The notes: generated by a model not told the origin, from the sequence alone. Shown: positions 22,898 through 33,743, numbered from the stretch's first letter. The stretch: DNA of 42,218 nt from a virus (IMGVR_UViG_3300009537_000049:1-42218), one strand, 5' to 3'. Numbers and translations are program-made.

Positions 22898-24654
22898 TAT
22901 AAGCTCTCCAAGAATCCACGAAGATAGTGATTCGCCGCGGCCCCGCCGTTACTGTTTGCGTACTCGTAAATTGCGGAGGCATCCAAAGACACCAAACCCA
23001 CCGAGGCACCATTCGGATTACCGGCCCCGCCCTGATCGTCATGGTCTCTGTGAAACAGCACGGCGTCCCCGGTAATCGAAGACCCATTAAGTCTGACGTA
23101 ATGAGAGAGTGTTGATATGCTGTTCTTGTTAATCTGCCCCATGATATCGATCAGCTTACAGACAGCGCCGTTCACAAAAGCCGCACAATTCACGTCTGTG
23201 AATGATGTGGCAGATCCGGCAGATAAAAGTTGAAGCGGAGTATCGAGATAGACCCACTTATCGCGGCCCTTTCCGACAGTGCTGAACTTCACCCATGCGC
23301 TACCCGTCCATCTACGGTGTCCAAGCAGACGTTTTTTATTGTAGCCCGCGGGCATCGTCGGAGAACCGAGCGTCTTTGTGGCCACGATGTCGTCCGTTAA
23401 AACCGCCGTCGAATCTCCGATCGCATAGAAATAAACGAGAACCGGAGAAGCCCCGATAGTTCCGGTGTCCAACATTCCGGCATTCGTACCGGTGGCCCAT
23501 ACAGCGTCAATCTGTTTAGTCATCGCGGCTGTCGCTATATCCACTGCGTCATCATCGCTGCGGGCATAAACTTGGCTGAAATCGATATCGTTCGTAGGAT
23601 CAGATCCGTTGTTGCTTGGGACCCCACCATCCAGATAATTTGTAGGAAGGATAGTCGCGGGAGGCGCGGCAATAAGATCTCCTCTTTGATTCGCGAAAAA
23701 GCCCGTCGTTGTAGAAACCGCGATGAACACCGGCTTTATCACTTGGCCGGGTGTGGAAGGTTCTGTAGTAGTGTATCCTCCGGCGCTTGATGGACTCAAA
23801 AAATACTGCGACCCGGCCACGAGTCCCGAGAAGCCCGTAAAGAAACCCATCAACGTAAGCGTGAAAGTGTCCGAATCCACAACTTCGGTGACAATTCCAA
23901 CAAGCCGGGCATTGGCTGCTGAATCCGCTTGGGCTTTTGCATAGACGCCGCCGGAGAATTTCAAAAGATCGCCCACTACAAAACCATGCGCTACCTGCGG
24001 CACGGATTTTGTGAGAAGTGTGGTTGTGGCCGTCATCTGCGACCACACCCCGGCGATGTCACAGATGTACACACGACCAGTATCGATTGCAAAATAGATA
24101 TCCCCGGCGCCGGGCGAAGCAGCTTTGTCCGTATCGTTGCCACGGCTGATCGTACCCGCATACGACGTTGATGTAATGGCGGACCAATCGAGTTCAGTCG
24201 TCGAATTAGCGTGTAGGAACTTTCCGGTTACAGGAGCGGGGAAAACCAAATCCGCGACCAGACTCGTGACGACCTGTTTTACCGCGCGGTCAATCGCCTC
24301 TTGAAGCTGCTGATCGATCATGCGACCACGATCGAGTTCCTTCTCGATCTGCTCTTCACGCAGGGTTCCGACAGCGGGAATATCAGTGGGTTGGGTTAAA
24401 GGAAGAACACGCTTTATGAGAACATCCTGTGCGGATGTAGGCGCCACCGTGAGCGTGACTGTCCCGCCTTCATTGACAGGATCGATCGCGACCGTGTAAT
24501 CGACGTTCAGAGTCTGAAGCGTCTCAACTCCGGCCGTATCAACCAGATAGACCTCGAGATCCGAGTCGTTGAAGATCTTGAACACGAAGTTGAAGTTGAC
24601 TTCAATCCCGTCGCCGTCAGCACGATTCTTGGTCAGAGTAGAGATTACGGTCAT
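22897..24654 (-). CDS. tail fibre protein (585 aa, no signal peptide)
   Basis: It lies directly after the internal virion protein genes, as in T7-like phages. The N-terminus is an attachment-like domain (GDGIEVNFNFVFKIF...LEVYLVD) and the C-terminus is beta-rich. Confidence 0.65.
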   Translation of the reverse strand: MTVISTLTKNRADGDGIEVNFNFVFKIFNDSDLEVYLVDTAGVETLQTLNVDYTVAIDPVNEGGTVTLTVAPTSAQDVLIKRVLPLTQPTDIPAVGTLREEQIEKELDRGRMIDQQLQEAIDRAVKQVVTSLVADLVFPAPVTGKFLHANSTTELDWSAITSTSYAGTISRGNDTDKAASPGAGDIYFAIDTGRVYICDIAGVWSQMTATTTLLTKSVPQVAHGFVVGDLLKFSGGVYAKAQADSAANARLVGIVTEVVDSDTFTLTLMGFFTGFSGLVAGSQYFLSPSSAGGYTTTEPSTPGQVIKPVFIAVSTTTGFFANQRGDLIAAPPATILPTNYLDGGVPSNNGSDPTNDIDFSQVYARSDDDAVDIATAAMTKQIDAVWATGTNAGMLDTGTIGASPVLVYFYAIGDSTAVLTDDIVATKTLGSPTMPAGYNKKRLLGHRRWTGSAWVKFSTVGKGRDKWVYLDTPLQLLSAGSATSFTDVNCAAFVNGAVCKLIDIMGQINKNSISTLSHYVRLNGSSITGDAVLFHRDHDDQGGAGNPNGASVGLVSLDASAIYEYANSNGGAAANHYLRGFLESL

Positions 24655-27600
24655 GTCGTTTCCTCGAGTGCTCGTTCGGTGTAAATTAAACGCCGCAGAT
24701 CATCCGCTTCACCAGTCGCAAGATCACTTAAGCCGACAACAGTTCTTCTTACACCAGTATACGGCAATTTAAAAGCCCCCGCCACAAAAAAAGCCCCGGA
24801 GTCAAGGATTTTTCCGAAATCTTGGTCTATCAATCCATCCCATGCCTTGAATGGCGCTTGAGCCATGCGCGCGAAAGTTTGTATCGGAGCCGGCGTACCA
24901 TCGAAACCCTTTCGAAGAGAATTCAAAATTGGGCCGACGAGAGGAAGTTGTCCGATAGATCCATCCAATAATGCTTCCGCAAATTCTTCCGGTGAGTCCG
25001 GAAGACGCCCATGCGTCAAACTCCAAAAAACCACATAGCTCATCGCCATTCCAAATGCCCCCAACATCGCTGCTTCTCTACGGCCGGATCTCCATCTCAT
25101 AGGTATATCATACACGACTTGGTTGTACATTTTCGATAACTGGTTGGTGAAAAGAAGCCACGTATCCAAAAATTCGCTCTTAGCATAAAGACTCGGGACG
25201 TCTTTCTGCAAAGAGGCGTTCTGTGTGCGCAGGACAGCACGCTGCGCGGCATCTGCGGCCTGTCGTTCAGAGAATCCGAGCTTCCTCATCTGGTTAAACT
25301 TCGCAAGCCATCCGGCATAGACGACGTATTTATCGACGATTTCAATTCCCTGAAAACCGACCTTCGCAATTTTATCGCGCAGTTTCTTCGCCGCTTCCGG
25401 ATGCGCGTGAAGGAATTCATCCACGCTCTTCTCCACGTTCCGGAATTTCATCTGTGGGTCTATGCTCGTTATAAATTCAACCTTCTCACCAAAATTGAAA
25501 TTCAGTTCCATGAATGCAGAAACGAGTTCCGTCGGCCCCACATCTCCTAAGAACAGAGGCAGCGCCGACAACTGATTGGCCATGACCATGACGTTGAGCG
25601 GCAGATGCAGAACAGCCGTGCGTTGTCGGAGACCACGAGCGAGTTTCTCCAACGCACCGTGGGTGTATTTTGCGGAAGGGAAGGCAACCCGCTCGATATA
25701 GTCGTCTATCTCCTTCACCATCTCCGCTCCGTGTTTCTGACGAATTCCTTCCCGAATCTCGCTGTCTCCCATCAATCCCTTAAGTTCTTTCAGGACTCCC
25801 TGCATACCGATGAATTTCTCCCGCTTGGAAACGTGGCTGTTGTAGATATCCCAAAGATTCAAGTTGATGGCTTTTTGATCTCTGCCCTTTACCTCCTTAC
25901 GTTCTTTTGTGAACCCCGGATCTCCGAGTCCTCTCGAATAAAACTCACGGTCTTCGATTTCTGCTGAAAGCTCTTCATTAAAATCCTCTGTGGCTTCCAG
26001 TTTCCGAATCATAGGAAGGTACGGCCCGGCGACACGCTTGAGTTCTTTTCGTCCGTCGTGGAGATTTATAAAAGCCGCCTGAAGTCGCGGAAAGTGCGCA
26101 CTCATTTCAGCCACGAGTTCATCCGCCGCATTCTTAAATTTCTGTGAAAGACGATTGATTATCTTCTCAACTGTCTGTGGGCTTATGCGGTTCCCGAAAA
26201 CGATGGCCCGACGCGTCTGTTCATTCGAAAATCCTGCGTAAATATACATGGCCTCTTGGATACTGAACACCAGACCATCAACCTCCATCTGTGCATTCAG
26301 ATCTTCTGATTTTATTTCGTTTCGCTTTAATATATCCACCCCGCGGATTGTGGCTTCATTGCCAAGAGCGATCTCATAATTTTGTGATGAGTTCACCGCC
26401 TGATAAAAAATCTGATTAAAGATCCCCTCGAAGTCCGCACCGCCGTCAAGAAGATCAAAGATACGTGTTGGAGTCAAAGTATTCAAGATGAGCGCGCCCA
26501 CCGCACTCTCCTTTGTAGTAGAAGCCAATTTCGCTTTCACTGGAATGTCGAACTTCCCAGTTTCCAAATTCTTCTCGAATCCGAGTTTTGTCAGAAGTGC
26601 TGTCTTCTGCGCGTCAAAGCGGGCGCGCTTAAGCTCTTTACTTTCAAATACTCTATCCCTGCCTTGTTTCCGAAGCTCATTTATTTTATTCGCCAACTGC
26701 CGAAGATCCTCAACCGTCTTGGCTTTCTTGAGAAGCGAGGCCAGAGCATCAATCTGTTGTTTTTCTTCGATCGCAATATTTTTATCCTTCGCTGCTTTCT
26801 TAATCGAGCGGATCAACTTTTGTGCTGTCTCGATGCGGCGACGTTCTGCGCGAGTCGCGTCCCGGGCCGTCTGTTCCTGTCGTTTCAAAGAACGCTTCAG
26901 TGCCTTTGATTCAGAGACCATTTTGGCATCTGCTTCTTTCATACCAACAGCTTCGCGAATTACAGCTTTCGAGAGTGGTTTGCCCAAGTCCTTGATCTCG
27001 ACTTCTGCTTCCCGTATCCGCTCACGCAAAGATTGCTGTTCCAACGGGGCAAACTCCTCGCTCAAACGCTCGCGTAGGTCTTTCAAGTGTTCTTCGAGGA
27101 CTCTTTTTTTCTCCGCAGCTTGACCCTCTTGCTCAAACGGCGCCATAAGCGCCTCACGGCGTTTAGTAAGAGAATCAACAACATCCGGATCCTCCGCTGT
27201 TTCCAACTGCTCGTCAATGCGGTCCAGTTCGTTCTGGAAATCCGCCAGATCCGGGAAGGCATCAACCTCCTGCGGAGTCAATCGCCTCTCGCGAATAACC
27301 TTCTCGATCGCAATATTCTTATCAGGCTGCTCTTTCGTAATGTCCTGTCCGGTCCGGGCCAGAAGTTCCTCTTCGAATTTCTGCTCAACTTCAGCGAGCG
27401 CCTTTTTACGCTCTTCAAGACTCATCGATACCGGACTAAATTCTGCAGCCAAAATATCTTTTACTTCAGCCATTACCTGCGGATCTTCAAGCATCTTCGT
27501 CGATATACGATCCGAAAGATCGATCGCCGCTTCCTTACTCACCCCCGCTTCTTGCATTGATTTTATAAAGCCGTGCTTCTCATAGAAAGAAGCTCCTATA

Positions 27601-28655
27601 TTCACTGGTCCGCTTCCAATCGCCCCAAGAAGACCGGCATAAAAAATGTCCTGTGCGTGTTTCATCAACGACTTTTTTTCAATACCAAAGACTTCGTGGA
27701 CTGCACCTTGTCCGGCTTGCTGCACCATCTCTTGCGCAGAATCCGAACCAATACGGATAGCCGCTTTACCCAAGACGTTGCTCATCTTCATGGAACGAAG
27801 AAAAATCTCACCCCCTATTCCTTCTGTCCACGCGGTGAAAGCCCCAACCAACGCACCGGCCGCAAGTCGTTCTTCGATCGGAATACCGGCGGCCTCGGCC
27901 TGTTGCAAAGTCTCGGACGCGTCCAACGCACCAAACAAAATTCCCACCGCGGCCGGATTCTTCGTTGCATAAAGAGCCCCCACACTTGCCAAAACCGAAG
28001 TCCCCGTCCGCCCCACATCGAAGAAAAATTTCGAAAGGGGTTTCCCCTCATCCGGCTTTACCCCAAAATCAGCAATCGTCTGGCTGTAATCTTTCTGGAA
28101 TTGGGATAACGAATCGACGAATCCTTGATGAACGGGCGAAAGAGGTTTCGCAACTTCCCCCTTCACCCGCTCGGAAAATGTCCTCACAAACGAGGACATT
28201 TTCTGGATTGACAGCGGGTTGATATCCATGATATCCGGACGCAGAGGATCAAAACCAGTCCGGATAGATTCTTTGAAGAGTTGCGCGCCGGATATAGGAA
28301 GCTCCAAAACTCCGGCCGCGACGCCCTTCGGAAGATTGCGGCCGAGAGAAACAGCCAAATCCGTCAGCCCAAAATGAGTCCGAGGATCTTTTTTATCGAA
28401 CTCCGTCCCTATGACATACTCTGTCTCACGACCGGAAAGCCCCGGCTGCACATCAAACGCCTGCCCGCGCTTATCGTCGAAAACAACCTCACTCTCGACT
28501 TGAGCGTTTGAGAAATCCAAATCGGAATCGTCCAGAGACGCCGGATCCACCGCCTTGAAAGACGACTCAAGATCAACCTGCGCGTTTCCAAAGTCCAAAT
28601 CATCGTCAGGGAGAGACGCCAAATCAATAGGTTTCAAGATCTCGTCAGCCACCAA
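24651..28655 (-). CDS. large internal virion / DNA-ejection protein (1334 aa)
   Basis: Its size and position match T7 gp16. It has long helical Lys/Glu-rich stretches and hydrophobic segments near the C-terminus. No lysozyme motif recognised. Confidence 0.55.
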   Translation of the reverse strand: MVADEILKPIDLASLPDDDLDFGNAQVDLESSFKAVDPASLDDSDLDFSNAQVESEVVFDDKRGQAFDVQPGLSGRETEYVIGTEFDKKDPRTHFGLTDLAVSLGRNLPKGVAAGVLELPISGAQLFKESIRTGFDPLRPDIMDINPLSIQKMSSFVRTFSERVKGEVAKPLSPVHQGFVDSLSQFQKDYSQTIADFGVKPDEGKPLSKFFFDVGRTGTSVLASVGALYATKNPAAVGILFGALDASETLQQAEAAGIPIEERLAAGALVGAFTAWTEGIGGEIFLRSMKMSNVLGKAAIRIGSDSAQEMVQQAGQGAVHEVFGIEKKSLMKHAQDIFYAGLLGAIGSGPVNIGASFYEKHGFIKSMQEAGVSKEAAIDLSDRISTKMLEDPQVMAEVKDILAAEFSPVSMSLEERKKALAEVEQKFEEELLARTGQDITKEQPDKNIAIEKVIRERRLTPQEVDAFPDLADFQNELDRIDEQLETAEDPDVVDSLTKRREALMAPFEQEGQAAEKKRVLEEHLKDLRERLSEEFAPLEQQSLRERIREAEVEIKDLGKPLSKAVIREAVGMKEADAKMVSESKALKRSLKRQEQTARDATRAERRRIETAQKLIRSIKKAAKDKNIAIEEKQQIDALASLLKKAKTVEDLRQLANKINELRKQGRDRVFESKELKRARFDAQKTALLTKLGFEKNLETGKFDIPVKAKLASTTKESAVGALILNTLTPTRIFDLLDGGADFEGIFNQIFYQAVNSSQNYEIALGNEATIRGVDILKRNEIKSEDLNAQMEVDGLVFSIQEAMYIYAGFSNEQTRRAIVFGNRISPQTVEKIINRLSQKFKNAADELVAEMSAHFPRLQAAFINLHDGRKELKRVAGPYLPMIRKLEATEDFNEELSAEIEDREFYSRGLGDPGFTKERKEVKGRDQKAINLNLWDIYNSHVSKREKFIGMQGVLKELKGLMGDSEIREGIRQKHGAEMVKEIDDYIERVAFPSAKYTHGALEKLARGLRQRTAVLHLPLNVMVMANQLSALPLFLGDVGPTELVSAFMELNFNFGEKVEFITSIDPQMKFRNVEKSVDEFLHAHPEAAKKLRDKIAKVGFQGIEIVDKYVVYAGWLAKFNQMRKLGFSERQAADAAQRAVLRTQNASLQKDVPSLYAKSEFLDTWLLFTNQLSKMYNQVVYDIPMRWRSGRREAAMLGAFGMAMSYVVFWSLTHGRLPDSPEEFAEALLDGSIGQLPLVGPILNSLRKGFDGTPAPIQTFARMAQAPFKAWDGLIDQDFGKILDSGAFFVAGAFKLPYTGVRRTVVGLSDLATGEADDLRRLIYTERALEETT

Positions 28656-30285
28656 TCACCTCTTCAGCCTTGATCTTTCGGCCGTCTTTGTACGTGATCC
28701 TAAATTTTTTATTAGTAGATTTTTGAGGCACGATGATAGACACGGTACCTTTCTGCGGAATAGTGACAGCGCCCTTGACGTCACTCTTACCCCCCTGCAC
28801 AAAAGTCGAAGACCTATCTTGATTTAAAACACGGTTCGGCGTTCCTTCAATAAGCCCGAGGCCGGGGGTTTCGCGCACAGAATTATCGTTAAGAACCGAG
28901 CGGGCCAATGCGTTTGCATCCGAAGGTGTTTTAATCTGATTTCCGTCATACTGACGTAAATATTGAGTCAGAACTTCGGCCTTTGCGTCTATGTCATCAA
29001 GACGGTTGTTCCGAAAAAACCAACTTTCAATAGCGCGCTTACCATACTGGTACAAAGAAATAGCCCCTAATCCCGAGACGACCGGCCCCTGCCCTTTTTC
29101 GTGTTCTGTCTTGATAAGATCAAAAGTGGGTTGCACAATTTTCTTCATATACCCGTCCGCAACAGCTTCGCTTATAGTTCCGCGTTTCCGCGCTTCCAGT
29201 ACGTCAACCATGAACGATTCGAGTTCTTTTAGCTGAAGTCTTTTGTCAAACCCCTGTCTCTTTCCGTCTTTCTTGATAAAAAAGCTGTCGAATTTAGCTT
29301 CAAGAGACATAACATCACGGACTTGAGTAATAGGATCTGGATCTCCTTCTATAACAAGATCACGAAGCGCGGCAGTGAAAGGGGTGTTCTGTTCCTCGAT
29401 CCGCTGAAGCACGAGGGGATCTCCCTCCAGATAGCCCTGCCACAAATCATTGTTCTCTTCGATCCCACGCAGAATAGTATTGATCTCTTTACGCTCTTTG
29501 ACTTTCGGAATCGCGGCGCGAGCGTCGCGCGCGAACTGCTCTTTCTCCTGCGGCGACAAAAACTCATCGAACGATCCGTCATCCAAGAGCGCCTGCGCAT
29601 CTTCGGGGTTCTCACTTAGCGCGGACACCAAATACCCCTTCGCTATCATCTCCGGAATCCCGCTCTTCAACTTGGCTCTCTGCTCCGGACTCAAAAGACC
29701 GGCTGCCGCAAGATAGGTTGTCTCTCCCTGCTTTAAAATCTGCTCGAGACTCTGCCGCTTACGTCCAATATCAATCGTGTCCGCTCTTCCAATCTCTGCG
29801 GCTTTTTGAGCCAGATGGTTTGCGGCCGTCGTAGAATCGTTCAAAGCCAAGACCGCCTGATTTTTATCCGAAAAATCAAGCTCGTTTCCGACGAATTTGC
29901 GAACAGTTCCCAAGCCGTGCTTCTCGAAGAGTTGTCGGGCGCCACTAGATCCGATGGATTCAGCTTTCGATCGATACATCTCTTCCGCTGAAGTTTGAAA
30001 CGCCTTCGTGCGATCGAGCGGATCCCCCCGAAATTCACTATTCTCGATCCTGTGGTTGCGAAGTTGCTTATCGAGGTCCAATTCAAACTCGATGAGTGAT
30101 TTATTCGCAAGGGCTGCGTCTTTTGCCTCTCGACGCTCAACCGCCAAACGACCGAACGTATCCGAAATCTGTCCAAAGGTCGAAGCGATAGATTTACCGA
30201 TCCGCTCACCCGAGGTATCTTCCCCGGGAGTCCCTACCAATGACGACGCGGCACGTCGTGTTTCAAATTCAGGAATTCTAGGCAA
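28645..30285 (-). CDS. internal virion protein (546 aa)
   Basis: The position is equivalent to T7 gp15. The sequence is mostly helical. Confidence 0.5.
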   Translation of the reverse strand: MPRIPEFETRRAASSLVGTPGEDTSGERIGKSIASTFGQISDTFGRLAVERREAKDAALANKSLIEFELDLDKQLRNHRIENSEFRGDPLDRTKAFQTSAEEMYRSKAESIGSSGARQLFEKHGLGTVRKFVGNELDFSDKNQAVLALNDSTTAANHLAQKAAEIGRADTIDIGRKRQSLEQILKQGETTYLAAAGLLSPEQRAKLKSGIPEMIAKGYLVSALSENPEDAQALLDDGSFDEFLSPQEKEQFARDARAAIPKVKERKEINTILRGIEENNDLWQGYLEGDPLVLQRIEEQNTPFTAALRDLVIEGDPDPITQVRDVMSLEAKFDSFFIKKDGKRQGFDKRLQLKELESFMVDVLEARKRGTISEAVADGYMKKIVQPTFDLIKTEHEKGQGPVVSGLGAISLYQYGKRAIESWFFRNNRLDDIDAKAEVLTQYLRQYDGNQIKTPSDANALARSVLNDNSVRETPGLGLIEGTPNRVLNQDRSSTFVQGGKSDVKGAVTIPQKGTVSIIVPQKSTNKKFRITYKDGRKIKAEEVIGG

Positions 30286-30738
30286 TTAAAACAACCCCGC
30301 TTTCCTTCCTGTAACAGCGGATCCGCTCAAACTACCCGCAGCACCCAAGACTCCGCCAATAAGCGACGCCCGACCTTGATTGCGTGTGATAGCCGCCCGA
30401 CGGTTGAAGAGATTCGCCTGTGCGTCACCGCGTTCGACAACTGATTTCACTTCCTTTTGACCTTCGCGCAACGTCTCGTCAAGAATCAGAAGTGGGCTGC
30501 CTTCAAGCGTGACACCGCTCTTCAAAAAAGCAAGACTCTGACGACGAGAAAACTTCCGAACTTCATTGGCCCGGCGCTGTGCTTCTGCTTTCGCTTCCTC
30601 ACTAGCAATACGTGCCTGTTCTTCCTGAAGTGACGCCTCTTCTTTCGCAGCTTTGTTGGCTTGGATCCCCCCAATCACAGAACCCCCCGCTGCAAGAAGT
30701 GACGTCGTTATAAAAATAGCGGAGACTGGATCAGCCAT
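30286..30738 (-). CDS. internal virion protein with Gly/Ala-rich hydrophobic ends (150 aa)
   Basis: The N-terminus is AIFITTSLLAAGGSVIGGI and the C-terminus is LIGGVLGAAGSLSGSAV, flanking a helical core. The position is equivalent to T7 gp14. Confidence 0.5.
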   Translation of the reverse strand: MADPVSAIFITTSLLAAGGSVIGGIQANKAAKEEASLQEEQARIASEEAKAEAQRRANEVRKFSRRQSLAFLKSGVTLEGSPLLILDETLREGQKEVKSVVERGDAQANLFNRRAAITRNQGRASLIGGVLGAAGSLSGSAVTGRKAGLF

Positions 30739-31186
30739 CTGAATACCTCGCGTAGACGCAATAGTTTTTCTTGTCGTGAGTGTACTGCCTCATCGTACCC
30801 TCTTTTTTCAACCCCAAGAATCCCATCCACCTTTCGTGAAAGGGGTCATCGGGCGAGGTTGTCTGAAACCGATGACACTTAAAATCCACCATAATTCGGT
30901 CAACATACATCTTCAAAATCTTGCAACAGAGAACAGGATACTCCTTTACATATACACTCGGTATCATCCATCCTTCCGCGACTCCGGGCCACATCATCGA
31001 AAACCCTGCGCAAAAAAGGATGCGTCCTTCGTAAATGAACGTGGCGGACTGAACGCTTTCCTTATTGATCTTATCCACCCGCTCATACAAGTCTTCCAAT
31101 TTGAAAGACCCAAACTTCTCAACCTCCCGAACATCCATAACCTCAAGATGTTTTGGATGAAACGTGACAATTATTGGGCTACTCAT
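30731..31186 (-). CDS. conserved virion-module protein (151 aa)
   Basis: ATG 31186 overlaps the end of the upstream gene (ATGAGTAG). The motif FCAGFSMMWPGVAEGWMIPS...HRFQT...HERWMGFLGLKKEG recalls DUF2833/acetyltransferase-fold proteins of T7-like phages (from memory, unverified). The longer ORF-track start at 31480 lies inside the tubular B gene. Confidence 0.55.
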   Translation of the reverse strand: MSSPIIVTFHPKHLEVMDVREVEKFGSFKLEDLYERVDKINKESVQSATFIYEGRILFCAGFSMMWPGVAEGWMIPSVYVKEYPVLCCKILKMYVDRIMVDFKCHRFQTTSPDDPFHERWMGFLGLKKEGTMRQYTHDKKNYCVYARYSDG

Positions 31187-33743
31187 TATCCGTCTCGCCC
31201 CACAACTGCAACATCTGCACGATGCACGGTAGGGGCGCGGTTTGACGAACGTATAATAGTTTATCGAGGTCCCAATCGTCATTATAGGAAAGCGACTTAA
31301 TGCCGGTGAAAAGCGGTTGCGGCGACCCGACCAGAAGCGGCATATCCGCGAATGAAACAACCTCGGGCTTGTAAAAATCAGACCCAAACTCGGCGCCAAG
31401 AGTATTATAAAAACGAATATCGACACGTCGGATGTTCTTGTTTTTTCCTTGACTCGATCCGGTCGTGCCTCCGATATCAAGACTCATCGGCTGCAACGTC
31501 CCTGTGTACTTCAAACCAATATGGATCACACTCGCTTGATAATCCAAAGTCACAACTCCGCCGGAAACCGTTTCATCCGGGTGAACTCCGCCATCCGTAA
31601 CAACCGAAACCGTGCGGCCCTCTAAGTGATCCACGGTGCTCAACCGATCTGTGGTCAGATACCAGTTGCCCGGAGTCATAGTATTCAAGTTGTCAAAAAC
31701 AGAAATTATTTTACATGTCACTTCAGTCGTACTGACGAAAGCCGTAATGACCGCTCGCCCGCTACCGACACCATTCTGTGCTCTCTTCCAGATCTCCCTA
31801 CCCACATCCGTTGAAGCAAACACCGGATTAGTTGCCATAAAAGAAACACTGCTGCCTGTAGTGGCCCCCGGGACAACTGAAGAACCGGTTTCAACACCCG
31901 GAACCGTACCATCGTAAGTCAACGCGCAATCAAGGTGCATCGCGGCCTTTTGTGCCTCTCGCATTGCAGACAAAAATGTATCGTAGTCGCTGTCGCGACT
32001 ATCGATGTCAGTAAAAAAATCAAAGAGAATAGGGATGTTTGGCTCATCTGCCTGATACTCCACAAACCGCCGAGTCTTCCCACCAATAATCCTCTCGGTC
32101 ACGACCCACACCTGATCAAAACTCGAAGCCCGCGGCATCGTGGATACACTTAAAAATTTGTCTGGATTCACACCACCGGTAGAGTGCAGATGCCATCCAG
32201 ATACATCTTCTCGTGTTTTGAAAGTTACAGCAGTCAACTTGCCGTCATTACGGATAGCCCAAAGAAGGTCCGGCCGTCCGGTTTGCCACGCGATCTGTTT
32301 AAGTCCGCTCGCAGCCATGTGTTCAGAAACGAGATTGCGATCCACGGAAATAAAACGATCTTCGAGAGCATCAAATTCAAAACTCCGAACCGTCAAAGCA
32401 CCCCGCTGCACGTAGATAACAACATTCTCTTTATTGATGGGTGCTATGTCCGCCACGCCCAACCGGTTCTCGGCTCGAACGTTGATACTCGTCGGTGTGA
32501 TGGCCTCCTCGATCGTGTCACCCGTGATACGAGTTTCGGTCCCGAATGTTCCGGCGAAAAGAAGACGGTTTGTGCCGACAAGCCAGAAAATCTTATTTAC
32601 CTCACCATCAGCAATCGAGAAATAAACGGCATGATCGTCATCAGTTCCCGAAGTGAAATCATCATAGCGCGGAACGCCGGTAGTATCTGGAGAACGCGAA
32701 CCAATAAAGCGATCAGGAGCGAACAGTTGCCCCCCATACCACAGTCGTCCTTCATAAAAAGTCACCGCAATAGGAAGTAGATTCAATTTCGAGGCGTATC
32801 CGGCGGCGCCGTAAGCACCGAACCCCGACGTATCCACATCCACTCCGTTCAAATCCTGAAGTGTAAAAGTATTAGCCCCGGTAACAGTAATCTCATAGGG
32901 TATACTGTTGACTTCAACCATCCCCGTCACTTCTTCGATGTAAATTAGATCGCCGGTAGAATATCCATGCCCGACCGAAGTGACCTCTCCGGGATTTGCC
33001 TGTGTTATACCGGTGATTACCTTCTTAGCAGTGAATGGATCTGCCGTGCGGGAAAAAATAGAAAGCGTCCAAGCCGTGTGTCCAGTACGTGTGAGCTTTC
33101 GCGGCTCATAGAAAGGATGCACGATGTACATCGTGTCCGCATTCTGCGTGACTTTAAGTTTAAAAAGATCCAAATCCTCGTCATAAGGAGTCGCGATCTC
33201 ATAGATACGGTTCGCGACACCATCGGACGTGTATGTACCAAACCCCGTCGTATCAACAGTGTTGCCGTCTATGTCAGTCAACTGAAAAGAACCCGCCGTG
33301 ACTCCGGCGACGAGGAAACTCTTTCCGTTGACCCCTATCATCCCCTTCACTCCGGTGATGAAGACCTCATCGCCGTTTGAATACCCGTGGGCCGCGGCTG
33401 AAACAACCCCGGGATTGGCACTCGTTATCCCGGTGATGACAACATCACTCTCAACAATCGCGGCATTGTCGCGAAAGAAACGAAGTTTTTTGTGTGTGAA
33501 TTCAAGTTGATATGCCTGCTCATCATTAAATTCGAATTTGATAAGATTGGCGACTTGATTCAGGCGAGTGTGATTAACAACCATAAAACCGTTTCGAAAA
33601 CGCGCCGGGCCTTGCGTATCAGAGACAAAGTTGCGCAAAAAACGACAGCCATTTTTATATACAGGTAGATCAAACCGCCCGTACATTTTAGGGCTTAACT
33701 CTCCGCCGGAGAAATTTTGAAGTGCTACTTCTTCTTTAGCCAA
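31179..33743 (-). CDS. tail tubular protein B / nozzle (854 aa) with two inserted ~78-aa domains
   Basis: The N-terminus ALQNFSGGELSPKMYGRFDLPVYKNGCRFLRNF...GPARFRNGF fits the gp12-like pattern. TTG start at 33743. It is syntenic after tubular A. Confidence 0.65.
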   Translation of the reverse strand: MAKEEVALQNFSGGELSPKMYGRFDLPVYKNGCRFLRNFVSDTQGPARFRNGFMVVNHTRLNQVANLIKFEFNDEQAYQLEFTHKKLRFFRDNAAIVESDVVITGITSANPGVVSAAAHGYSNGDEVFITGVKGMIGVNGKSFLVAGVTAGSFQLTDIDGNTVDTTGFGTYTSDGVANRIYEIATPYDEDLDLFKLKVTQNADTMYIVHPFYEPRKLTRTGHTAWTLSIFSRTADPFTAKKVITGITQANPGEVTSVGHGYSTGDLIYIEEVTGMVEVNSIPYEITVTGANTFTLQDLNGVDVDTSGFGAYGAAGYASKLNLLPIAVTFYEGRLWYGGQLFAPDRFIGSRSPDTTGVPRYDDFTSGTDDDHAVYFSIADGEVNKIFWLVGTNRLLFAGTFGTETRITGDTIEEAITPTSINVRAENRLGVADIAPINKENVVIYVQRGALTVRSFEFDALEDRFISVDRNLVSEHMAASGLKQIAWQTGRPDLLWAIRNDGKLTAVTFKTREDVSGWHLHSTGGVNPDKFLSVSTMPRASSFDQVWVVTERIIGGKTRRFVEYQADEPNIPILFDFFTDIDSRDSDYDTFLSAMREAQKAAMHLDCALTYDGTVPGVETGSSVVPGATTGSSVSFMATNPVFASTDVGREIWKRAQNGVGSGRAVITAFVSTTEVTCKIISVFDNLNTMTPGNWYLTTDRLSTVDHLEGRTVSVVTDGGVHPDETVSGGVVTLDYQASVIHIGLKYTGTLQPMSLDIGGTTGSSQGKNKNIRRVDIRFYNTLGAEFGSDFYKPEVVSFADMPLLVGSPQPLFTGIKSLSYNDDWDLDKLLYVRQTAPLPCIVQMLQLWGETDNE

